A DNA stretch of 64,000 bases from Candidatus Uhrbacteria bacterium (GTDB taxonomy: Bacteria > Patescibacteriota > Patescibacteriia > UBA9934 > UBA10169), in assembly GCA_016187485.1 (NCBI GenBank), contig JACPJO010000005.1:226385-290384 (forward strand). Direction: 5' to 3'. The notes beneath the pieces are model-generated. The model was not told the DNA's origin, made no database searches, and saw nothing but the letters and a program-made list of their open reading frames with translations. Each line of letters opens with the position of its first letter. Within the stretch, counting starts at the first letter, position 1. Shown piece after piece: positions 1 through 7,633 of this stretch. A program made the translations under genes and the position numbers.

Positions 1-814
1 TCGTCCAAAGCCTCCTGGAACGTACGTTTGAAAATGATAATGCCCGAAAGACGCACGCGTGTCGTTTCTTCAACAACATCTCGTGTATCCACGCGAAGCA
101 GCGTAAAGCGCCGACGGTCTTCGATCATCGGACTCACGCGCTCGATCTCAAGCGACTGCGCCGCAGATCGCCACTCTTCAGCAACGTCCTCCATATCCCA
201 CGTACCAAGATACCCATTGAGGACACTGGAGGAATCTTCGCTGTATTGAAGCACAACTTGATCAAATGGGACTCCTTCGGACAGGGCACGCGCAGCTTCT
301 TCTATCCGTTCACGGCGCGCGGACTGAAATGCTCGGCTCGACGCCACCCGTGTCTCGAGCATTCGCGCTTCCACATAAGGCCGCACAACGAGCCGCTTAA
401 ACGTCTCTGGCTCCCAATGAAAAACCTCTCGTATCTCTTCGGGGAGAGCGACACCTTCTGACGTAGATTGTAGGCGCAGATACGTGCTTTCCACCTCTGC
501 GTCGGAAACTACGACCCCCTCGCGTCTAAGCCAACGACGCACGACTCGCGTACGCACAATGGACTGAAACGCTTGGACATTCGCTTCGTGAGGGTCGAGT
601 TCGCTTCCGCGCCAGAGCGCCTGCGCCTGCAGACCGCCTGCAAGCGCAAGAACTTCCTTCATGGAGAAAAAAGACCCACCAACTCTTCCGGCGGGAAGAG
701 GAAGAATCTGCACAAATGGCTGCGTGACAGACGATCCAAGCGGCAACACAAAAAGGACAGCAAGCCAGAGAAGTCCCGCGACTAGCGCGGCCGTGCGTAG
801 ACGAATCGGCGTAT
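1..814 (-). CDS. PpiC/parvulin-type peptidyl-prolyl isomerase, membrane anchored (partial; 3' end lies outside the window)
   Basis: Uninterrupted minus-strand frame from ATG (rc of 812-814) to the window edge, translating MNTPIRLRTAALVAGLLWLAVLFV... with one N-terminal TM helix and a parvulin-like C-terminal segment (VLNGYLGTWDMEDVAEEW...SPMIEDRRRFTLLRV). Absent from the ORF track because no in-window stop. Its start overlaps the stop of the upstream ftsB-like gene (ATGA). Confidence 0.55.
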
Positions 815-1273
815 TCATAGCCCGGCACGCTCTAAGCGTTTAAGACGATCGAACGACTCTGTATTAAAAAAGTACCAGTACCAGCGCGAGAAGTTTGATT
901 CCGGTAAAGCCGCCTCTGGTATCTCGCGCGCGTCCACCGCACCGATAGTCTCGGCCGTGGCTTCCTGCGATCCCTCTTCGTTAAGGATAAATACACGCTC
1001 GCCGGGTTTCACAAGACCAAGCCGCAAACGCGCTTCGCGCTCCAAAAACGTCTCCGATTCCAGTTGCGCATTTATGCGTGCAATCTCCACATTGCGGGCT
1101 TCCAATGCACGGCTCTGTTCTTCCAGCTCCGCAATCGTTTTTTGCACTTGATTGTTGCGCCACACTTCTCGCCCAAACGAGAGAGCAAGAAATAAAAAAA
1201 GCGCAAGGTTGATCGCCAAGACCACCCGTTGTCGCAAAAGATGGCGCGCGGAAACTAACATCGGCCGACTCAT
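815..1273 (-). CDS. FtsB/DivIC-like septum formation initiator
   Basis: 152 aa with an N-terminal TM helix, a coiled coil (AELEEQSRALEARNVEIARINAQLE) and the LGLVKPGERVF motif typical of the DivIC/FtsB family. Confidence 0.6.
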   Translation of the reverse strand: MSRPMLVSARHLLRQRVVLAINLALFLFLALSFGREVWRNNQVQKTIAELEEQSRALEARNVEIARINAQLESETFLEREARLRLGLVKPGERVFILNEEGSQEATAETIGAVDAREIPEAALPESNFSRWYWYFFNTESFDRLKRLERAGL

Positions 1274-1764
1274 AGACGGGAAACGGACGGACGTTCAGCA
1301 AGAAGAAAAAGAATTTTTTCTTGAATGGCCCGTACGCGCGGCAGCATTCCCGAAACAGTGCGAGCACCGCCTTCCGTTTCTACGCGTATTTTACCATACC
1401 CAAACAAAGCGGAGAGGCCTCGCTGTCGCGCCTGTACGCTTTTCAAACGCGCAAGCGGCATCTCTTCTACATCTTTGGAGAATACTCCTCGTTGGTGCAT
1501 CCACACAACACGCAGAGACGTTACAACAAACCGTGTGCGGGAAAAACGGCGCCAGGAAGAAAAGAGAAACATCAACCCCGAGACGAGCAGGACGACGAAG
1601 AGAAACACCCCAACGGTTCCTTCACGCAGAAGCAGAGCGATGAAAAACAATGGGGCAAGCGTCCATGCGCCGCCGATAACAAATCGCGGAATCCACAAAA
1701 GGAGAGGCGCACGGACATCCAATTCCAGGGTCTCTCCGGGCGTGAGAAGGAGGAAAGTTTTCAT
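1270..1764 (-). CDS. membrane protein with bacterial PH (bPH_2/YdbT-like) domain
   Basis: 164 aa, two N-terminal TM helices followed by a PH-like segment; the 4-nt overlap with the neighbouring genes suggests operon context. Confidence 0.45.
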   Translation of the reverse strand: MKTFLLLTPGETLELDVRAPLLLWIPRFVIGGAWTLAPLFFIALLLREGTVGVFLFVVLLVSGLMFLFSSWRRFSRTRFVVTSLRVVWMHQRGVFSKDVEEMPLARLKSVQARQRGLSALFGYGKIRVETEGGARTVSGMLPRVRAIQEKILFLLAERPSVSRL

Positions 1765-3002
1765 AGCATTTTGCGAAGAGCCTCACGGATAACGACACGG
1801 TCGTCCCACGGGATCCTTTTCCCGCCGGCAACAACGATAGCCTGTTCGCTTGCTTTTCCCGTCACCAAGACGAGATCGCGCGGTTGTGCAAGTGAGAGAG
1901 CGCGCGCGATAGCCTCACCGCGGTCCAAAATTTTGAGCACCTCCGCCCGTTTCCCCTCTGGCGCAGAGTCAGCTCCGGCAGCAACGTCGTTAATGATCTG
2001 TTCCGGGTCTTCATCGTATGGATCTTCATTTGTCACAATCATCACTTGCGCACGTTGCGCAATGAAAGCACCCACCACGGGACGCTTATCGCGATCACGT
2101 CCGCCGCCCGCCGCGCCGGTAACGTGAATGATGCGATTGTGTGGAATCGTCGTAACAGCTTCGTAGAGTTTGGCGAGCGCGCGCGGCTCGAAGGCGTAAT
2201 CCACAATAACCATGAACGACTGACCTTCATCAATCTGCTCAAGCCGCCCCGGAATACACGTGACCGACTCAATCGCACGTGTGACCTTCGCGCGATCAAA
2301 CCCGAGAACCTCGGCCACCGCGCGGGCAAGTTTTGCATTTATCTGCATGTGAGCGCCGGGAATACGGAGGGCAAGATCGGTCTCCGCACTTGGCCGCACG
2401 ACAACGAGACGATCCACAGGAAAAATCGCGGCTTGCTTTGCTCCATTGTCTTCCCCATTCACCACAATCGCTTTTTCGATACGCTTCCCCGTAATGATCT
2501 TGTGCGGGCACGCACCAAGTTTTTTGAATAGCTTCATTTTTTCCGCACGATAGTTTTCGAAACTTCCGTGAGATTCAATATGCTCTGGATACAAGTTCGT
2601 AAAAACGCAGACATCGTAGTGCACGCCCGCATGTCGGTATTGCTTGATACCTTCCGATGTCGTCTCGATAATCGCGTGTGTGCAATCGGCACTCGCCATC
2701 CCGCGAAGAAGTTTTTGGAGCTGGAACCGGCCAACCATAGTCATTTTTTTGTCATTGAGCCGTTCCTGCTCACCCACCTTGAAAAGAATCGTCGAAGCCA
2801 TACCCACACGTGCGCCGCACGCTTCAAGTGCACGCGCCAAAAGGTAGCACGTCGTCGACTTCCCACTCGTGCCAGTTACGCCGATCACGACCATGCGCTC
2901 CGACGGGCGGCCATAAAGAATCGCCGAAAGAATCGCGAGGACATAATGATACGCACCGATCGCAAATGCCGGCGCCAGCTTGCGCAAAAAACCCTTTATC
3001 AT
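1761..3002 (-). CDS. murE: Mur ligase, UDP-MurNAc-L-Ala-D-Glu:diamino-acid ligase (MurE)
   Basis: P-loop VIGVTGTSGKSTT, Mur ligase middle and C-terminal domains, full-length similarity to MurE; located in the dcw context. Confidence 0.8.
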   Translation of the reverse strand: MIKGFLRKLAPAFAIGAYHYVLAILSAILYGRPSERMVVIGVTGTSGKSTTCYLLARALEACGARVGMASTILFKVGEQERLNDKKMTMVGRFQLQKLLRGMASADCTHAIIETTSEGIKQYRHAGVHYDVCVFTNLYPEHIESHGSFENYRAEKMKLFKKLGACPHKIITGKRIEKAIVVNGEDNGAKQAAIFPVDRLVVVRPSAETDLALRIPGAHMQINAKLARAVAEVLGFDRAKVTRAIESVTCIPGRLEQIDEGQSFMVIVDYAFEPRALAKLYEAVTTIPHNRIIHVTGAAGGGRDRDKRPVVGAFIAQRAQVMIVTNEDPYDEDPEQIINDVAAGADSAPEGKRAEVLKILDRGEAIARALSLAQPRDLVLVTGKASEQAIVVAGGKRIPWDDRVVIREALRKML

Positions 3003-3130
3003 GGAGGTATTCTAGCGTCTTTTGCTAAGCTCCTCAAGCGCCTGCTTCTTTGATCCATTCGCAGAGACACTTGCCCAAACCGCCCGGCAATTCTCGTAAA
3101 AAGACCACTAGCGTTACCTAGACATTTTTT

Positions 3131-3139
3131 TGATATAAT
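3131..3139 (+). promoter_or_regulatory. extended -10 element (TGaTATAAT) ending 9 nt before the ATG of the M23 peptidase gene; transcript is probably leaderless or near-leaderless
   Basis: tgatataat at 3131-3139, ATG at 3149, no Shine-Dalgarno in between. Confidence 0.4.
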
Positions 3140-3148
3140 CCATCCGCT

Positions 3149-3673
3149 ATGTTCTTGGAATTCTTCAGAAGACACAAAAAGTTCTCCTACCCGCTCGACA
3201 TCTCTGACGCACAAACAGGGGAAATGCTTAAGGGATGCGTGCCGAAGGATCAACTGTACAAGACTGGTCCTTTTTACTGTGATCTCAGTCCTAGTTCACA
3301 CAACGGGCCATACCAACGAGCTATCGATTTCATCGTGAAAGACGGGTCCATCGTATACGCCTCAAGAAGCGGACGAGTTGTCGATATGGTAGAAGCACAC
3401 AGCACGTACGGCCCCGGACCAGCATTCGCGGATAAGCTCAACTACATTACGATCGACCACGGTGATTGCCTTAGTCAGTATGGACACCTCCAAAAAGGTT
3501 CCCCGAGCATGTACGGGATACGTGCAGGAAAACAGGTTATGCGAGGCCAAGTAATCGGTATTGTCGGTAAGACTGGTTGGGTAGACTATGGCGAACAAGG
3601 AGATCATCTTCATTTTATGGTTTTTGTAGAAGACAAAAAAGGGTTTCACAGTATTTCTGTTGATTTCATATAA
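3149..3673 (+). CDS. M23 family metallopeptidase (LytM-like)
   Basis: M23 motifs IDHGDCLSQYGHL and GWVDYGEQGDHLHFMVF. Confidence 0.75.
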   Translation: MFLEFFRRHKKFSYPLDISDAQTGEMLKGCVPKDQLYKTGPFYCDLSPSSHNGPYQRAIDFIVKDGSIVYASRSGRVVDMVEAHSTYGPGPAFADKLNYITIDHGDCLSQYGHLQKGSPSMYGIRAGKQVMRGQVIGIVGKTGWVDYGEQGDHLHFMVFVEDKKGFHSISVDFI

Positions 3674-3678
3674 AATCT

Positions 3679-4881
3679 ATGAATACTCCTTCTCCATTTA
3701 TAGGAAAAACGGTCGGCGTTTTTTTTGGAGGAAAAAGTCCGGAACATGACGTTTCTATTATCACTGGGCTTTTGGTTTTAGATGAATTGGCAAAACTTGG
3801 AATCTTAAGTGAGCCGATTTACATAGGAACAGATGGCGCGTGGTGTATGGGTCAGCTGTTACGAGAAAGAAGCTTTCTCCAAGGTATCCATTCTCACGAT
3901 TTATACCCTCTTCAAAGGTGGTCGTTGGATACCCGCCACCGCACACCACGGCTTATTTTGACACGAAGGCCATCTTTTCTCTCACGCCGAGAGCAAAAGA
4001 TCATTGACATTGCCTTCCCCGTGTTCCACGGGGCATACGGTGAGGATGGTTGCTTCCAGGGACTTTGCGAAACTCTAGGCGTGCCCTACGTGGGTTGCGG
4101 CGTTGAGGGAAGCGCCATCGCAATGAATAAGATTCTTACAAAACAGTTTTTTCAGCAGCACGGGGTACAAACCACGCCCTTCGTCGGTTTCTCCGAAGCG
4201 GACTGGAAGTCAGACGCAAACTCCATCAAACGAAGGATCAATGAGACACTGACTTTCCCGGTTTTTGTGAAGCCATCGCATGCGGGCTCGTCTATTGGCA
4301 TTTCACGAGTAAAAAAACTTGAGGCTATAGAGGAGGCAATAGAGGCATCCTTTGAATTTGATACTCATTGCGTTATTGAAAGCGGTATTTCTCCGGTTCG
4401 CGACTTGACATGTTGTGTAAGAGAGTGTGCGAGTAGCTCTCCCAAAGCGTCGCTCGTTCAAGACTCCAGTTTTGGAAAAAGTGAGTTTTTTACGTACAAA
4501 GAGAAATACTTGCAAAGCGACGGCACTCATCTGGACGGAGCAGGAGAAAGTTTCACTATTCCCGCAGAGATACCTGTGGCAACCTCTAAAAATATCCAGG
4601 AGACTTCCGTTGCGATATTTAAAGAGCTCGGCCTCTCGGGAATTTCGCGAGTTGACTTCTTGTATAACCCAGAGACGTCCCAGCTCTATGCAAACGAGAT
4701 CAACCCGATGCCAGGAACACTCTACGAGCATCTGTGGAAGAAGAGTGGTGTCGAACCGAAAGAACTTATTTTAGATTTACTCGATGTTGCGATTCGTAAA
4801 CACACGGAAACCATTAAGAAGAACAAATACTTCCATTCACCGCTCTTATCAGATATGCAAGGACAAAAACTTTCTAAGTAG
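3679..4881 (+). CDS. ddl: D-alanine--D-alanine ligase
   Basis: N-terminal VGVFFGGKSPEHDVSIITG and ATP-grasp motifs (FVKPSHAGSSIGISRV, EINPMPG); Ddl-like over the full length, with one variable insertion. Confidence 0.85.
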   Translation: MNTPSPFIGKTVGVFFGGKSPEHDVSIITGLLVLDELAKLGILSEPIYIGTDGAWCMGQLLRERSFLQGIHSHDLYPLQRWSLDTRHRTPRLILTRRPSFLSRREQKIIDIAFPVFHGAYGEDGCFQGLCETLGVPYVGCGVEGSAIAMNKILTKQFFQQHGVQTTPFVGFSEADWKSDANSIKRRINETLTFPVFVKPSHAGSSIGISRVKKLEAIEEAIEASFEFDTHCVIESGISPVRDLTCCVRECASSSPKASLVQDSSFGKSEFFTYKEKYLQSDGTHLDGAGESFTIPAEIPVATSKNIQETSVAIFKELGLSGISRVDFLYNPETSQLYANEINPMPGTLYEHLWKKSGVEPKELILDLLDVAIRKHTETIKKNKYFHSPLLSDMQGQKLSK

Positions 4882-4898
4882 CCAAGTGAGCTTCCTAA

Positions 4899-4920
4899 CA
4901 AACATTCAATTGAATGTTTG
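4899..4920. repeat. perfect 22-bp palindrome caaacattcaattgaatgtttg, followed by a strong Shine-Dalgarno sequence and an ATG-GAG-TAA mini-ORF
   Basis: Read directly from the sequence; sits between the convergent ddl and Nudix genes. Confidence 0.5.
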
Positions 4921-4946
4921 GGGAGAGGTTAAAATGGAGTAAAACA

Positions 4947-5003
4947 AAGTTAACTATTCGCTTATTCGCACGAATTAGAGAAGGATGGACGTTTTTTCGA
5001 GAG
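4947..5003 (-). repeat. junction/leader repeat copy 1 (orphan, no downstream gene); overlaps the last codons and stop of the Nudix gene
   Basis: gttaactattcgcttattcgcacgaattagag...ttttttcgagag aligns with the copies at 7575-7633 and 9352-9414. Confidence 0.7.
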
Positions 5004-5508
5004 CCGCTAGCGCCAGAAGCCCTGTTGTCGTATCAGTAAGATCCCCCGTAGCAAGGTGATTGCGAAATTCGTCGACCGGCATGAGAATCACATCGATCTT
5101 TTCGTCTTCATCTGTATGAGGTTCTGTTACTTTCCGGCAATGGGTCGCAAGAAAATGATATCGTCGACAAGTTGAGTATGCACAATCCCATGTTGAACCC
5201 ACGAGGACGAGATCTCCTTCGTAACCTGTCTCTTCTAAAAGCTCACGACGCATGGCTTGGAGAGGCTCTTCCCCCACATTCATACCACCGCCAGGAAGTT
5301 CGCGTAAAATACTCCCGGGTCCTGGACGAAATTGCGCGGCGAGAACAGCGTGTCCATCTTCCGTAATAGGAAGACTACAGACCGTATTGCCCTCCAGTTT
5401 TACATCAATGTCTATCTCACGATCATCATCACACCGATACGTCCGCCGTTCGATTTTCCGATACCCATCATAAACAAGTTTCTTCGATACGAGTTCCCAT
5501 GGTTTCAT
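4975..5508 (-). CDS. Nudix hydrolase
   Basis: Nudix box GGGMNVGEEPLQAMRRELLEETGYEG. Start placed at the internal Met (MKPWELV) because the track's longer ORF (to 5631) runs through tRNA-Ala. Confidence 0.7.
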   Translation of the reverse strand: MKPWELVSKKLVYDGYRKIERRTYRCDDDREIDIDVKLEGNTVCSLPITEDGHAVLAAQFRPGPGSILRELPGGGMNVGEEPLQAMRRELLEETGYEGDLVLVGSTWDCAYSTCRRYHFLATHCRKVTEPHTDEDEKIDVILMPVDEFRNHLATGDLTDTTTGLLALAALEKTSILL

Positions 5509-5601
5509 AGCCGCTCTAGGATACACCCATTCGTGCACAAACCAAACCCCGCCCTTCGCGAAGGGCGGGGTTGGCGGTCTCGGGCGAAATCTTTCGATCT
5601 C

Positions 5602-5678
5602 TGGTGGACCTGACCGGGGTCGAACCGGCAACTCTAGGTGGCAACCATAGCGAGGTTACCGATTACCTCTACAGGCCC
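5602..5678 (-). tRNA. tRNA-Ala (anticodon UGC; G3:U70 and A73 identity elements; non-canonical anticodon-loop context)
   Basis: Minus-strand reading GGGCCTGTAGAGGTAATCGGTAACCTCGCTATGGTTGCCACCTAGAGTTGCCGGTTCGACCCCGGTCAGGTCCACCA: 7-bp acceptor stem with G3:U70, T-loop TTCGACC, encoded CCA. Confidence 0.75.
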
Positions 5679-5788
5679 GTACCCGAGGTAAAAATAAATA
5701 CAACTCTACTCATGAAGAGGGAGAGTTGTATCTTGCCACCTAGTTGAGCCCTTTGGGCTTCACCCAAAGACCTCGCTACGGTATCCCT

Positions 5789-5817
5789 ATTTCACCATAC
5801 TTTTTCTCTTCTGTCAA
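5789..5817 (-). promoter_or_regulatory. putative sigma70 promoter for tRNA-Ala (TTGACA-N17-TGAAAT, with TGg upstream of the -10)
   Basis: Minus-strand ttgacagaagagaaaaagtatggtgaaat about 100 nt upstream of the mature tRNA 5' end; same architecture as the promoter at 30310-30338. Confidence 0.4.
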
Positions 5818-5834
5818 CCGATTCTGGGGAAAAG

Positions 5835-7574
5835 TCATCCGTTTTTCTCGAGATACGCCAGATAACAATCACGACACAGAATACGTCGGTTTGGGTACCT
5901 ACGGCAAACAGTTACAAGAAGCGGCTTGCTACATTTTGTACACACGCGATTCTCAAACTGCGCGATTTGCGCTGACCACGACATCTGCTGCATACGTGGA
6001 ATAAAGTGCTCGCCGGGTGGAGCAATCCTCCATTTTCGGTAGTGCTCAACTTCCGGCTTCAAGAAGGAGAACGCACGCTTTGCCTGCTCGTCATAGATCG
6101 GAACGCCAATCCATGCGTCCGTGAGATCATCAATATTGTCGGGAATGTCCGCTAATTGGCGCGTCTTAGACATATCGTATCGATCGACACCCGTTGCACC
6201 CGCGTCTGTCGGAAGAAATTGGTTACCTCCAAGGATGCGTAGATCTTCTTCTGTGGAGCCTGCATACAACACCGAGCCAGACTCGGGAATGTACGAGGAG
6301 GAAAATGTCGTTGGGAAAATAGATCCGTATGTACCCTCGTCCATCATCGCGCACTCCATTGCGTCCACCGTCTTCCAGTACTCCTCTTCCGTGTACGGTT
6401 TGTTCAGAATGTGAAACTCCTTGTGCGCCAGACCGACGCATCCAAAACAGTTTCGACAATCGCGGCAGACCATGCAGTATTCGCTGTCCTCGCAACGCAC
6501 GGAACGATAACAAAACTTGAGACGATTCGAATCTGGACACGTTTCCACGCTGTAACTCTCATTCGTATTCACAGCTCCCCACGCATACGCGTTGCCTTGC
6601 GAAGCGCCGTATAACCATGCAGAGCGAAAATTATCCACGGCCGTGTCTTCCGAATCAAAGCAGAAATGACATCGTGTCGCGTTGTGGAGATAGTCTCCCG
6701 TTGCATCTGTCCCGCCGACGTTAAAGTTTTCGGGCCAAAAGGCGTGTGTAAGCAGCAGTTCGTCGAATCGCTTTGACCATTCATCAACAATCGAGCGCTT
6801 TCCAAGATCGATCGCCGCTATACGAGCTCGATACTCTCCTTCGGAAAGCTGTTCATTCATGAATAAAAACTTTCGATTCCGTTTGTTCGTGGCGCCAAAA
6901 CAGTGTTCGCAATTTCGGCAGTCAAAGAGAAAGGCTGACTCGAGACAGTCCTGTGATTCGCGCGCGTACCGACAACGATACATGCGATGAGAATGTGAAA
7001 TGTGGTGTGATTCTTTCACGCCAGAGGAAAGGTACACGACCGAGGAATCTTCCGTGTCCATGGCACCGACACCGAAAAACGTGCGTTTGCTCTGACATGC
7101 AAAAACAAAATAACTGTTCTGATCTCCAAAGGAGAGGAGTGCCAGTGAGTTTTCTGGCGGTACGATGTTTGCGGTTGCAAAAAACGGTACGCGGAGTTCG
7201 AGCGCACGCAGTTGTTCGAAAAATGGTTTCGAGAGGTCAAGCGTTTCATGGGTATTCGAAAAATCCTGCTCATACCATTCGGCATCGGGCAGCACGCGGA
7301 TGCCGGAGGCTGGGTGATGAAAGGAGAGGATAGGTTCCCCCGTTCGCGCATGTTTGTTCCACCAAAATTGAAAACCGATATCAAAATACCCTGCCCATTT
7401 CCATCGCGTATTCGGCGACAACTCCGACGGCGGGACATTAAACTTCTTGTACCACCCGATTTCCTCCTCGGTCATCATCCATTTCTCGCCCGTCAAAGCA
7501 CACACCCGCTCACCGAGTTTTGCGGCGTCGAGGACGGCTTTTACCTTCAAATCGTAGTTGGGAGTTTTACTCAT
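5835..7574 (-). CDS. Cys-rich protein of unknown function, paralog B (579 aa)
   Basis: Long ORF with repeated C-x2-C-x2-C-FG modules (DCRNCEHCFGATNKRN..., CMVCRDCRNCFGCVGL) and a C-terminal CxxC...CxxC zinc-ribbon-like end. About 50% aa identity to the upstream paralog, with nearly identical N- and C-termini. No recognisable enzyme motif. Confidence 0.6.
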   Translation of the reverse strand: MSKTPNYDLKVKAVLDAAKLGERVCALTGEKWMMTEEEIGWYKKFNVPPSELSPNTRWKWAGYFDIGFQFWWNKHARTGEPILSFHHPASGIRVLPDAEWYEQDFSNTHETLDLSKPFFEQLRALELRVPFFATANIVPPENSLALLSFGDQNSYFVFACQSKRTFFGVGAMDTEDSSVVYLSSGVKESHHISHSHRMYRCRYARESQDCLESAFLFDCRNCEHCFGATNKRNRKFLFMNEQLSEGEYRARIAAIDLGKRSIVDEWSKRFDELLLTHAFWPENFNVGGTDATGDYLHNATRCHFCFDSEDTAVDNFRSAWLYGASQGNAYAWGAVNTNESYSVETCPDSNRLKFCYRSVRCEDSEYCMVCRDCRNCFGCVGLAHKEFHILNKPYTEEEYWKTVDAMECAMMDEGTYGSIFPTTFSSSYIPESGSVLYAGSTEEDLRILGGNQFLPTDAGATGVDRYDMSKTRQLADIPDNIDDLTDAWIGVPIYDEQAKRAFSFLKPEVEHYRKWRIAPPGEHFIPRMQQMSWSAQIAQFENRVCTKCSKPLLVTVCRRYPNRRILCRDCYLAYLEKNG

Positions 7575-7633
7575 AATGTAACTATTCTCTTATTCTCACG
7601 AATTAGCCGAGTTAGCTGTTCTTTTCGAGATAC
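7575..7633 (-). repeat. junction/leader repeat copy 2: covers the stop region of paralog A and the 5' leader of paralog B
   Basis: gtaactattctcttattctcacgaattag...ttcttttcgagatac; contains the imperfect palindrome ctaattcgtgagaatag, which ends 4 nt before the start codon. Confidence 0.7.

Noticed and set aside
526-828. 100-aa minus-strand ORF, and the plus-strand ORFs 28-249, 246-461, 573-785 and 661-843
   Set aside because: They overlap, in wrong frames, the continuous PPIase reading frame (1-814, minus), which has a TM helix and a parvulin-like segment. Their translations are Arg/Ser/Cys-rich noise.
1321-2127. 268-aa plus-strand ORF overlapping murE and the PH-domain gene
   Set aside because: It is antisense to two well-supported genes; its translation is Arg/Ser-rich and lacks motifs.
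4975-5631. Track ORF start at 5631 for the Nudix gene; likewise 9484-11175 (murD), 15665-16816 (murG), 24242-25693 (ctp), 31107-32162 (rmlB) and 33115-33897
   Set aside because: The long N-terminal extensions are Arg/Pro/Cys/Trp-rich, overlap a tRNA or the upstream gene, and internal Met codons coincide with conserved family N-termini; shorter starts were adopted.
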